Shown here piece by piece: positions 1-8,440 of a stretch of 64,000 bases of DNA. The stretch spans positions 27,748 to 91,747 of the forward strand of contig JACIWX010000006.1 in assembly GCA_014360755.1 (NCBI GenBank). The letters are read 5' to 3'. The stretch comes from Chloroflexota bacterium. GTDB lineage: Bacteria; Chloroflexota; Anaerolineae; UBA2200. The notes under the pieces were generated by a model. That model saw only the letters and a program-made list of their open reading frames with translations. It was not told the DNA's origin and searched no databases. The position numbers and the translations under genes were made by a program. Positions within the stretch are counted from its first letter, which is position 1. The number at the start of each line of letters is the position of its first letter.

Positions 1-573
1 CCAATCATAACCATCATGACCATCATACCAAATGTGATGCTCAGCGAGGCGAGAGAAGTAGGCAGCTATTGGGCGACTATCCCCTGGGCCACAGCTATTC
101 AAATCACAACTGTAGGCACCATATTCCTTGCGTGCATAGTCTGCGCCATTATTGAGCGACGTGTTAAACCAAGCTGCAACCTTGCCATCCTTGCGATAGT
201 CGGGATAGCTGTGGTCAAAAACAGAGGTCATGTCAGTCAACCAATCGCCGCGGAATGGGAGATATAGGAACGGCTCTATGGAAGGCGGACGGGGGTTTCC
301 CTGCCTTTGACAGTTCTTCGTTGCATCCCTTGTCACAGGTTCACCAATGGTAGCTGGGCCACTGTCTGCATAGCGTCCTTCTGTATCCCGGTGCGTTGTG
401 AGGCTGGTTGCCGAAGGGGATTCGCGGGGAGTTTCAGTAGCTACCTGCTGCGCTCGGCTCATTTGTATTGTGCTTGATCCCAAACTTGAGAGGGCCAAGC
501 CGAGAAAGACAACCGCGCAGAGAAACTTGCCAAGAGCTTTACTTCGAGCGACTGAGGCAAACGACTTTCTCAT
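1..573 (-). CDS. Secreted protein, probably an M23-family metallopeptidase. This is the N-terminal part only; the gene runs off the left edge of the window.
   Basis: Reverse-strand ATG at 573-571 is preceded by GGAGGTG (578-584). The ORF is stop-free to position 1. It translates as MRKSFASVARSKALGKFLCAVVFLGLALS... (signal peptide) followed by ...HHIWYDGHDGYDW, which fits the HxGxD zinc motif of M23/LytM peptidases. It is absent from the ORF track because there is no stop codon inside the window. Confidence 0.4.
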   Translation of the reverse strand, partial: MRKSFASVARSKALGKFLCAVVFLGLALSSLGSSTIQMSRAQQVATETPRESPSATSLTTHRDTEGRYADSGPATIGEPVTRDATKNCQRQGNPRPPSIEPFLYLPFRGDWLTDMTSVFDHSYPDYRKDGKVAAWFNTSLNNGADYARKEYGAYSCDLNSCGPGDSRPIAAYFSRLAEHHIWYDGHDGYDW

Positions 574-1081
574 CTCACACCTCCATCATGCAAGCAAGGA
601 TAACCTCATGAAGGAGCGCCTCGCCCTGTCAGTACAATGTGCTTACCGTACGCTAAGGGCGCTCCGTCGTACCTGGGCCCCGTCGGCCGGATGCTGGCAG
701 GCTAGCCAGGATATGTATGGGCTGCATAACGGCACCGAGCTGAAGCGCTGTGCGACGCGCAGCGGAGCACGGTTGGCTTCAGCGAGTGGTTAGGCCATCT
801 CGTACGACCATATTGTATGTTGCTATGTTTCCCCGGTCAAGCGGCGGTCGAATTACTTGGCAGCATTATCTCAGGGCTCGTCGAATCCCCTCTTCAACCT
901 CGCTGCCCTTTTCTTCCCTCTTGGCGCTTGCTGCAGCGCCACCGATAAACATCATTATGGCCAGAACTATGTATATCCCTGCGATGAACCCGGGTATAGC
1001 AGTGAGCCACAGACGGGTCGGCGCGTCGGTGGCAAAGATTTCTCTACAGTTTCACTTATGCTATGCAGCCAATGAGGCTGG

Positions 1082-1213
1082 TCAGGACAACTGTCCTACT
1101 TTTTGGTACAATCGCACCGCCAATTCCCGGCGCAAGCGAGTCAGTTTCTCTTCGGGTAGCACTCGAAGCGCGTCCGCCAACTCATCAGGGATCTCCAGGA
1201 CCATTCTGCTCAT
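1082..1213 (-). CDS. UPF0175-like small protein (putative antitoxin), apparently truncated at 43 aa.
   Basis: Reverse-strand ORF MSRMVLEIPDELADALRVLPEEKLTRLRRELAVRLYQKVGQLS*. It is preceded by AGGAGG (1224-1229) with 10-nt spacing. The motif order resembles UPF0175 proteins (EIPDELA..LRRELAV.LYQ), but the ORF is roughly half the usual length. Confidence 0.3.
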   Translation of the reverse strand: MSRMVLEIPDELADALRVLPEEKLTRLRRELAVRLYQKVGQLS

Positions 1214-1360
1214 CACACGCGTTCCTCCTACGCGAGGATTCCATCTGAATTTTCTCTAGAAGGCGAATCACTGTCCTGCCTTCAGCACTGGGAGAGCTAG
1301 CGTCCAATCAACACCTTTTGCATGCCAACCAACTCCTTGCTCTACCTTTACTTCTGTGCC

Positions 1361-1405
1361 TTAAGCAAAACGCCAGCCAAGGCGCGCTTTCGCGCCTGGC
1401 TGGCG
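1361..1405 (-). terminator. Rho-independent terminator for the minus-strand DUF4258/DUF2283 transcript.
   Basis: A 15-bp GC-rich stem, CGCCAGCCAAGGCGCG-cttt-CGCGCCTGGCTGGCG (1371-1405), with AAAA immediately 5' on the plus strand. This gives a hairpin followed by TTTTGCTT on the minus strand. Confidence 0.45.
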
Positions 1406-1611
1406 TCAGGATGTATGAGATGACTGCGATGTATGACGTCGCCATGAGCAAGTTGGCGCGTCATTGGTATTGGTGAGAATTTCAGTTCTTATTTTACTCG
1501 AAGCAGTTCAGTTTGTCAAACCAACGCAAAGCAAACACAAGTTATGTGAACACTTACACAGGTATCTGTCTATGCGCGCACTGGACTGTCCTGTCATTGG
1601 ATGCGGGGCAT

Positions 1612-1824
1612 TCAGCGTGCGCTTTCAGTTTGCAGCGTTACAGTAATCTGACCCGCTCGGATTAAGCGTCGCACGGAAGCGTTTAGGAACTCGACGCTGA
1701 CTGCTTCGCCGTCCTCACCGTAACTGATGATTACACCGCCAGGTTCTTCTACCGCATCTACAGGAGGAAGATCGCGTAGGATCAGAAGTAACACATCTGC
1801 TTCGGGGTCATATTGAATGCGCAT
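1612..1824 (-). CDS. DUF2283 family protein (putative antitoxin-like partner).
   Basis: 70-aa ORF MRIQYDPEADVLLLILRD...VISYGEDGEAVSVEF, matching the characteristic DUF2283 pattern. It lies 1 nt downstream of the DUF4258 gene. Confidence 0.8.
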   Translation of the reverse strand: MRIQYDPEADVLLLILRDLPPVDAVEEPGGVIISYGEDGEAVSVEFLNASVRRLIRAGQITVTLQTESAR

Positions 1825-1825
1825 T

Positions 1826-2155
1826 TCATTCCTCCTTCCAATATTTTGCTATCTTACTTGTCCAGTATACCGTTAGCAGTTTCCGCTCATCCTGCAGCTC
1901 GACAAAGACCGCGCGTAACAAGCCATTTCCTCTCTTTGTTTGAGCTACAAATGCCTCTAGATCGCCTGACACAATTTGGGTAGGATTTCTGAGCAATTCT
2001 TCTACCTCTTCGCGGGTTATGCCCAATTTCTTGTGCCATTCCTTCTGACGCTCTTCTGCATACTTTGTCCAAGTGATTTCACGGTACTGCCCCTTAGGAT
2101 ACTGTATCTTTGAGGGGTCACAAGAGAGTGGTGAAGTTGCTCTCCAGGGTCTCAT
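1826..2155 (-). CDS. DUF4258 family protein (putative toxin-like partner).
   Basis: 109-aa ORF with a DUF4258-like C-terminal region (...RAVFVELQDERKLLTVYWTSK). It is immediately adjacent to the DUF2283 gene, a recurrent pairing. Confidence 0.8.
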   Translation of the reverse strand: MRPWRATSPLSCDPSKIQYPKGQYREITWTKYAEERQKEWHKKLGITREEVEELLRNPTQIVSGDLEAFVAQTKRGNGLLRAVFVELQDERKLLTVYWTSKIAKYWKEE

Positions 2156-2214
2156 TTGTATCTCGAATATACTGCGGAAGCACTATACTGTCAAGTTTGC
2201 CGCACATCTTATCC

Positions 2215-4323
2215 TCATTGCCCATCTGCCAAGATGCGCACGGCGCCAAGGATGATTTCGGAACCGATCACTTGGCCTGCTTCGTCCACCACTGGCAGGC
2301 GTGGCAAGCCTTCGGGGGTATGGCGATAGAAACCCAGTTGCAGTTCGTACTCACCTGGAGGGAGCCAGGAGGGGATTTCGATGATGTGGCGGTCTTCGAT
2401 GATTTCTCCAGGACGCCAGGTGTTTGTCGGGCGTGTCTCGTTAGCGGGGATGCCATCGTGCTGAGTATGTGTTTCCCCCTGAGCGACGTGGGCGAAGATG
2501 GTGTACGATTCTTTGATAGGGCTATCGGTGCTCCAGTAGAGGGTCAATTGCATGGTCTCGCCATGGTGGAATGCAAGGCTGTTGACCCGCGCTTCACGCA
2601 GGGTGATGCCGCCCTGCCAGTGAAATGGGGCAGGCAGGGTCACTGCGTCGTTCCACACAAACTGGGCTCCTGGCGATAACTGGATGTGGCGCACGCCCAC
2701 GCCATGGAAGGCAGGCACAGGCAATTCTGTGCCTTGGCTGAGCAAGAGATTGGCGACGATGTGCTGTGGGTCTACTACGTAATCCTGCCAGAGGAGCAGC
2801 CATGCGCCACGCTTCCCAGCCATGATGGGTTGCAACTGGTCAATGAACTGCAGGGTGAGCCGGTGGTCCACGCGCAACAGGGGGTCATTGGGGATAGGGT
2901 AGCGTTCGCAGCCAGGGCAATAGTAATCAAAGATGGGGAACATGTGCCCGGAGATGAGCAGGACTGCTTCATCGGGTGCACGGTGCTCACGGATGTAGCC
3001 AACAGCGGCGCGAAAGTCCGGCCGGCGCAGGTCGGGATTGCAGAAGAGGTTATAATCGGCGTAGACGGAGGTTGCCAGGACAAAGCAGATGGCTATGAAT
3101 GCTGCCAATATGGATATGGGACGCAGTTTGCTACTTCTTTGCTTTGGCACTGAAGTGCCTACTACAAGCCGTTTGGGCACTGAAGTGCCTACTACAAACC
3201 GTTTGGGCACTGAGGTGCCTACAAACCGCGTGAGCGCTGAAGTGCTCGCTACAAACTGGCCCGCGGTTGATGTGAGCTGGACAAGGGCGGCGCTGATGAG
3301 CAGGAGGAAAGCGGGGGAGATGAGCATAGAATGGCGCGGGCTGATGCGCGGCTTGCGCGAGTACAGGAAGGCAATCAGGATAGCAGGTATCAGCAGGCAT
3401 ATCCAGAGAAAAGACAGCGGGGGGATGGTGTGGGATTTCCTACATGCCTGGACAAACTGTAATGCGCTCACGATGAGCAACGCGATATAGCCGAGGGTTA
3501 CATACCAGGAGAGGGGCTCCAGCACGGACTCGCCCACGCTGAGGCTGGTGAACACACGGTACAAAGCGAGCAGGAAGGGCATGGTGGCAGCCCAATAGCC
3601 GGTGTCATATAGGTAACGATTGATGAGGACAGCGCTCCACGGTGCGTAGCCCAGCGCCCAGACGATGAGTACGCTCACGGCTTCGCGCAGGTAGGCTGAC
3701 GGACGTCCAGCCATCCACCACCACACGCCGAAGTAAAGGGCATGCGCGACAAGGACGGGTAGCGCGAAGTAATGCACATAGGCAGCAGCGAGCGAGGTGA
3801 ACAGGTACGTTGCCCACCAGAGGATGCGCCTCTCCCGGGGGCAACGGGCATTGGTGATGCGCAGGAGCAGGTCACTGGAGAGGAGGACAAGGAATGTGGC
3901 GAGGGCGTACATGCGTGTTTCTCGGGAGTAATAGAGACCCAATGGCGAAAGAGTGGCAAGGAAGGTGGCGACAAGGCCGGTTGCCTCGCCTAAAACGTGC
4001 CTGCCTATAAGGTAGATGAGTGGCAATATAGCGATACCAAATAGGGCGGAGAAGGCGCGCACCGCGAAGGCGCTGTCGCCACAAAGGCGGATCCATAGGT
4101 GAAGCAGCAGGTAATAGAGAGGCGGGTGGACATCCTGAGCGGTCCAGGCGATCGCTTTCGCCCAAGATGCTTTTGCCAAAGCAATGCTAAAGCCCTCATC
4201 GTACCACAGGCTTTGGTCTGCCAGGTTGTAGAAACGCAGTATGGTAGCCCAAAGGATGACGGCGATGAACAGCAGACGACTAGCACGTGATTTTTCAAAA
4301 TATTCGATCGTGTGCATATCCAT
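2215..4323 (-). CDS. Family 39 glycosyltransferase (ArnT/PMT-like membrane mannosyltransferase) with a C-terminal soluble domain.
   Basis: 702-aa ORF. The N-terminus FYNLADQSLWYDEGFSIALAK...VHPPLYYLLLHLW is the GT39/GT83 signature. There are more than 10 predicted TM helices followed by a large hydrophilic C-terminal domain. Confidence 0.85.
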   Translation of the reverse strand: MDMHTIEYFEKSRASRLLFIAVILWATILRFYNLADQSLWYDEGFSIALAKASWAKAIAWTAQDVHPPLYYLLLHLWIRLCGDSAFAVRAFSALFGIAILPLIYLIGRHVLGEATGLVATFLATLSPLGLYYSRETRMYALATFLVLLSSDLLLRITNARCPRERRILWWATYLFTSLAAAYVHYFALPVLVAHALYFGVWWWMAGRPSAYLREAVSVLIVWALGYAPWSAVLINRYLYDTGYWAATMPFLLALYRVFTSLSVGESVLEPLSWYVTLGYIALLIVSALQFVQACRKSHTIPPLSFLWICLLIPAILIAFLYSRKPRISPRHSMLISPAFLLLISAALVQLTSTAGQFVASTSALTRFVGTSVPKRFVVGTSVPKRLVVGTSVPKQRSSKLRPISILAAFIAICFVLATSVYADYNLFCNPDLRRPDFRAAVGYIREHRAPDEAVLLISGHMFPIFDYYCPGCERYPIPNDPLLRVDHRLTLQFIDQLQPIMAGKRGAWLLLWQDYVVDPQHIVANLLLSQGTELPVPAFHGVGVRHIQLSPGAQFVWNDAVTLPAPFHWQGGITLREARVNSLAFHHGETMQLTLYWSTDSPIKESYTIFAHVAQGETHTQHDGIPANETRPTNTWRPGEIIEDRHIIEIPSWLPPGEYELQLGFYRHTPEGLPRLPVVDEAGQVIGSEIILGAVRILADGQ
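3148..3259. repeat. In-frame 30-bp tandem repeat inside the GT39 gene, about 3.5 copies, encoding the 10-aa repeat VGTSVPKR(F/L)V.
   Basis: tgaagtgcctactacaagccgtttgggcac (3151-3180) and tgaagtgcctactacaaaccgtttgggcac (3181-3210) are near-identical. Degenerate copies follow at 3211-3259. Confidence 0.7.
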
Positions 4324-4464
4324 ACGTTATGGCTAACGTTACAGTGTCATGGATGGCCATCAACGAATGTGGAACACGGATACTGGCGCAGTACATTCGT
4401 TGTCAATTCGCTGACGACTGGCTCACAGCAACTTGCCCCGGGTTAAACTACACTCGGTGCAGCA

Positions 4465-4596
4465 GGAGAGTGTTGAAAATCTTGTCACCCTGAGCGAAGC
4501 GAAGGGTCTTACGTAACTTTAGCCTATTTTCCCAAGTACTGCGAGATGCTTCACTCCGTTCAGCATGACATTGGAAGGGCTTTTTCAACACTCTCC
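4465..4596. repeat. Nested inverted-repeat element of about 132 bp, MITE-like or a structured-RNA candidate.
   Basis: Outer perfect 15-bp inverted repeat GGAGAGTGTTGAAAA (4465-4479) / TTTTCAACACTCTCC (4582-4596). Inner imperfect inverted repeat GTCACCCTGAGCGAAGCGAAGGGTC (4484-4508) versus GCTTCACTCCGTTCAGCATGAC (4548-4569). Confidence 0.4.
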
Positions 4597-4669
4597 AGCA
4601 GAGATCTTGACAAGTTAATGCACATTGTATTGGGGTGCAGTGTTGCTGTCAAAATGGAGGTTGTTCCGA

Positions 4670-5866
4670 TCACAGCCATCTAGGCAGTAGCCGTGTAAGG
4701 GCGGCGGCCAGCGCTTCTACATCGGCAGGGGAGTTATAGCCTTGAATGGAGACGCGTATAAATTGCCGCTCTTTCCAGGTGATGATCGGTACCTCAATAG
4801 CAAATGCCTCATACAGGCGCTGTTTCAGTTCCTGTGCATCACAAGGTGGCAGGGGCAATGTGACCATTTGTGCGTACCAATCGGGCGAGTCGGGGTAGAG
4901 CGGTTCTAGGCCGGTCAGTTCGCTGATGTCGTGGTAAGCCAAGGAGGCGAGTTCATGGCATCGTTGCTGCACCCGTGGCCAGTTGTGCTCTGCCTGGAAC
5001 TGGATGGCATTAGGGACGGTCAAATAGGCAGAGATGTCGCGGGTGCCCTGCCACTCCTGCTCATCTACGAAGCGCGAGGGGCCTGGTGTATCGCTCTGCC
5101 AGCCCCAACTGACAACCAACGGTTCCAACAGGTGTTGGACCTCGCGGCGGGCGAACAGGAAGGCTGACCCTTTGGGGGCGCACAGCCATTTGTGACAGTT
5201 GCCAGCGTAAAAGTCAGCACCCAGGGATTGCAGGTTAAGCGGAATCTGACCAGGAGCGTGTGCACCATCAATGACGGTGAGGATACCAGCGTTGCGCGAG
5301 CGTTGGACCAGTTCCGCGACAGGCAGGATCAACGCGGTGGGGGAGGTGATATGGCTCATGAAAAGGACACGCGTGCGTTCAGTGACCCTTGCCCACAGGG
5401 TTTCAATGACCTGCTCAGGCGATTCCAGCGGCAAGGGAAGTGGCTGGTTCATGTAGTGTGCGCCGCGACGCTGGCAGACAAAACGCCAGGTACGATCCAT
5501 GGCACCGTATTCGTGATCGGTGCTCAGCACTTCATCGCCGGGACGCAAAGGCAACGAACGGGCGACAATGTTCAGCGCCGTGGTGGCATTGGGGGCGTAC
5601 ACTAGGTCGTCTGTATCCGCACCGACAAAAGCCGCCAATGCGGTGCGGGCAGTGCGCATCAGTTCCGTGAAACGCCGGCCGAGGAATTCCACCGGTTGAC
5701 GCTCCAGTTCCAGTTGCCAGTTCTGATAGGCAGCAAAGACAGGGCGTGGGCAGGCGCCGAAAGAACCATGGTTAAGGAAGATGACATCGGGACGCAGGAG
5801 GAAGAGTTGACGGAGGTCTTGCAACTGTTCGCTGCTTTGCCCTTGAGGAGATAAAGAGTGATGCAT
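4670..5866 (-). CDS. Class V aminotransferase-fold PLP-dependent enzyme (cysteine desulfurase / isopenicillin-N epimerase-like).
   Basis: 398-aa ORF with ...AGNCHKWLCAPKGSAFLFARRE... (PLP-lysine region typical of class V aminotransferases) and FLNHGSFGACPRPV near the N-terminus. Confidence 0.85.
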   Translation of the reverse strand: MHHSLSPQGQSSEQLQDLRQLFLLRPDVIFLNHGSFGACPRPVFAAYQNWQLELERQPVEFLGRRFTELMRTARTALAAFVGADTDDLVYAPNATTALNIVARSLPLRPGDEVLSTDHEYGAMDRTWRFVCQRRGAHYMNQPLPLPLESPEQVIETLWARVTERTRVLFMSHITSPTALILPVAELVQRSRNAGILTVIDGAHAPGQIPLNLQSLGADFYAGNCHKWLCAPKGSAFLFARREVQHLLEPLVVSWGWQSDTPGPSRFVDEQEWQGTRDISAYLTVPNAIQFQAEHNWPRVQQRCHELASLAYHDISELTGLEPLYPDSPDWYAQMVTLPLPPCDAQELKQRLYEAFAIEVPIITWKERQFIRVSIQGYNSPADVEALAAALTRLLPRWL

Positions 5867-5984
5867 GGTGTTCTCCCGTGCTATTCTTAGAGATATGCGA
5901 AAAGTATAGCCTTGCCTATGGTAAAGCCAAAATGACTAGGGAGGTCTGATTTTACTGCTGAGAAGGCAGAGAACTCAGAGGGAT

Positions 5985-6050
5985 AAGAGGACGAGGGTGT
6001 AGTTCAACTCTTATCCATATTCTGCCCCCAAACTGAACTACACCCAGAGG
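5985..6050. repeat. Palindromic element: a perfect 12-bp inverted repeat flanked by direct repeats.
   Basis: AGAGGACGAGGG-TGTAGTTCA...TGAACTACA-CCCAGAGGACGAGGG. The GGGTGTAGTTCA / TGAACTACACCC inverted repeat is separated by about 25 nt. The direct repeat AGAGGACGAGGG occurs on both sides. Confidence 0.35.
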
Positions 6051-6130
6051 ACGAGGGAGGGCGCGGAGAGTTGACTAATCGGGCAGCATGGGGTAAACTT
6101 GTGCAGCGCGAAATGGCAGACATCCCGTGT

Positions 6131-6190
6131 GTCACTCTGAGCGCAGCGAAGAGCCTGCCCTGAGTACAACGAAGGGGTCTCGCGTAACTT
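6131..6190. repeat. Second copy, with an internal duplication, of the motif GTCACYCTGAGCGMAGCGAAG..GGGTCTYRCGTAACTT that is also found at 4484-4520.
   Basis: gtcactctgagcgcagcgaag[agcctgccctgagtacaacgaag]gggtctcgcgtaactt versus gtcaccctgagcgaagcgaagggtcttacgtaactt at 4484-4518. Confidence 0.4.
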
Positions 6191-6257
6191 GGAGGGAACC
6201 TGTCTCAGCTACGAGGAGATTCTTCGTCGCTTCGCTCCTCAGAATGACAAGGAGAGG

Positions 6258-7502
6258 ATGCTGAGCCTAAACATACTGGGCAAGCGGAGGCGAAAAGGAG
6301 GCATCTTGCGAGTTCGAGCCATAATTGTGTCCCTGGCCATATTGGCGGTGGCCCTGTGGCTTTTGGTGGGCTGTAGCCACACGCCATTGGTTTATGATGT
6401 GCGCATTGAACCAGATGTCATCTCACCGAATGCAGATGGCGTAGCGGATGTCGCGCGCATCACGTACCACCTTTCACGTTATGCCCGCGTCTCGATGTAT
6501 TTCCTGGATGAACAAGGTGGAAAACACGATTTTCGCACGGATGTGCCAAGGCCAAAGGGTTCCTATGAGGCGTTGTTCAGCGGGGTAATCGGAAACCGCC
6601 TGCTGCCCGATGGGCATTATCAGTGTGTGCTAGAAGCCGTGGCGGATGACGGGGAGCGGGTTGCCGTGCAAACACCGCTGACCATCCAAGGCGGGGAGCC
6701 GAATTACATCGAGATCCGCAACTTGAATATCTATCCCACTACCTTTACCCCTAACCGCGATGGCATCAATGACCGTGTAACGATTGCCTACTATTTGACG
6801 AAAGAGGCAACTAGTGTGCAAGTCTATTTGCTCAGCGAGAAGGGGGATAAGTATCCCATCCCGGAAGACAAGATTCGACCCATGGGGCAGGCAGGCAATC
6901 ATGAGCACGATTACGAAGGCGGCGTTGATTTAGGCGCTACGCCGCCCCCAGACGGAACCTATACGGTGGTGGTGGAAGCGGAGGATGCGGTGGGCAACCG
7001 CGATGTGGCACGTGGGCAGTTGACGATCGTCAATGGTGGTGTGCCCCAGGTGGAGATCGTGAACCGTGCGGCGCAATGGTCGTCCACCGTAGTGCCGCTG
7101 GGTGGCACGCTCACCTTCACCTGTACGGTGCGCAACATTGGCAAGGTAGGAGTGCGCACGAAAGGGCCAGAGCCAGGCACGCTCTATACCACGAGCGAGA
7201 ATTTCAACAGCAAGGGGTTCTATGAAGAGCCTGGCATATTCCGCATCGGTTTGGACTATGAGGGCAATAGTTCCGGGCGCATTTATCCATTTCGCTGGCA
7301 GTTGGGCCGCGATGACGAGTTGACCGTAATTGATGGGCAGAAGTACCTCATGCCCGGTCAGACTGCTACCGTGGTAGGCCATATCCAGATTATTGACAAG
7401 CCGGTGAAGGTCGCCCCCTACTATTGGCTGGGCTTGATCCATGAGCAAGTGTGGATCGTCGAAGACCGTGTGGAGCCCGTGCCTATCACCATCGGATTCT
7501 GA
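6258..7502 (+). CDS. Lipoprotein with tandem FlgD-Ig-like domains.
   Basis: The N-terminus is KRRRK followed by a hydrophobic stretch and the lipobox LLVGC. Repeated motifs ISPNADGVADVARITYHLS and TFTPNRDGINDRVTIAYYLT match the FlgD immunoglobulin-like fold. An alternative start is TTG at 6306, after AAAGGAGG. Confidence 0.75.
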   Translation: MLSLNILGKRRRKGGILRVRAIIVSLAILAVALWLLVGCSHTPLVYDVRIEPDVISPNADGVADVARITYHLSRYARVSMYFLDEQGGKHDFRTDVPRPKGSYEALFSGVIGNRLLPDGHYQCVLEAVADDGERVAVQTPLTIQGGEPNYIEIRNLNIYPTTFTPNRDGINDRVTIAYYLTKEATSVQVYLLSEKGDKYPIPEDKIRPMGQAGNHEHDYEGGVDLGATPPPDGTYTVVVEAEDAVGNRDVARGQLTIVNGGVPQVEIVNRAAQWSSTVVPLGGTLTFTCTVRNIGKVGVRTKGPEPGTLYTTSENFNSKGFYEEPGIFRIGLDYEGNSSGRIYPFRWQLGRDDELTVIDGQKYLMPGQTATVVGHIQIIDKPVKVAPYYWLGLIHEQVWIVEDRVEPVPITIGF

Positions 7503-8440
7503 TGGATCTCTCTGTTATTATCGTCAGTTGGAACGTCAAAGGATTGCTGGCTGAGTGCCTGGCTTCTGTCTATGACGCTTTGGGCAGGAGCCATTTTGCC
7601 TGCGAAATATTGGTTGTGGACAATGCTTCCTCCGATGGCAGCCCTGAGATGGTGCGCGAGCGTTTCCCGCAGGTTTCGCTCTTGGCGAATGCTGAGAACA
7701 GGGGTTTTGCCGCTGCCAATAACCAAGCCATGGCACTAGCACAAGGTCGCCTGGTGCTGTTATTGAACCCGGACACCGTGGTGCGCCGCGACGCTTTGGA
7801 CATACTAGTGCGCTTTATGGATGAGACCCCCACAGCTGGCATGGCTGGTCCGCGCTTGGTCTACCCCGATGGGCGTTTCCAACACGCGGCATTTCGTTTC
7901 CCTACGCTGGCGCAGGCTTTCTTTGATTTCTTCCCCGTGCATTACCGGCTGTTGGAATCACCATTGAACGGGCGCTACTCGCCTTCCCTGTATGCTGCCG
8001 GGCGTCCCTTTGTTATAGACCATCCTTTAGGGGCGTGCATGATGGTCCGGCGGCAGGCGATTGACGAGGTAGGGGGCATGGACGAGGGCTTTTTCATGTA
8101 CTGCGAAGAAATAGACTGGGCAATGCGCCTGAAACGCGCTGGATGGGGAATTTACTGTGTGCCAGCGGCGGAGGTGGTGCACTATGCTGGGCAGAGCACA
8201 CAGCAATTCCGCGAGGAAATGTTCGTTGCCCTGTGGCGCAGCCGCTTTCGCCTCTATGCCAAGCACTACGGACGGTTCGATAACTGGATGTTGCGTCGCG
8301 TGGTGCGTTTGGGTTTGTGGCAGGAGAGGCGGAGGGCGCAACGTCAGGCTGAGACAGGCGTGATTTCACAGGAGGATCTGGCTCGCCGCATGGCAGCCTA
8401 TCAGCGTGTAGAGGAGATGACGGATAGCAGTGTGTGGTAG
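7502..8440 (+). CDS. Family 2 glycosyltransferase.
   Basis: MDLSVIIVSWNVKGLLAECL...VVDNASSDGS, a GT-A fold signature. The ATG overlaps the upstream stop as TGATG. Confidence 0.85.
   Translation: MDLSVIIVSWNVKGLLAECLASVYDALGRSHFACEILVVDNASSDGSPEMVRERFPQVSLLANAENRGFAAANNQAMALAQGRLVLLLNPDTVVRRDALDILVRFMDETPTAGMAGPRLVYPDGRFQHAAFRFPTLAQAFFDFFPVHYRLLESPLNGRYSPSLYAAGRPFVIDHPLGACMMVRRQAIDEVGGMDEGFFMYCEEIDWAMRLKRAGWGIYCVPAAEVVHYAGQSTQQFREEMFVALWRSRFRLYAKHYGRFDNWMLRRVVRLGLWQERRRAQRQAETGVISQEDLARRMAAYQRVEEMTDSSVW

Noticed and set aside
398-1259. Overlapping plus-strand ORFs 398-793, 750-1259, 857-1075 and 1063-1248.
   Set aside because: They have no SD and low-complexity Arg/Ser-rich translations. The opposite strand carries the M23-like gene and the UPF0175-like ORF, which have proper ribosome-binding sites.
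2110-2679. Plus-strand ORF of 189 aa, and many similar antisense ORFs elsewhere (for example 13892-14629, 17016-17798, 22962-23591, 25922-26683).
   Set aside because: They are embedded antisense within long, motif-supported genes in high-GC DNA, where spurious open frames are expected. No recognisable domains.
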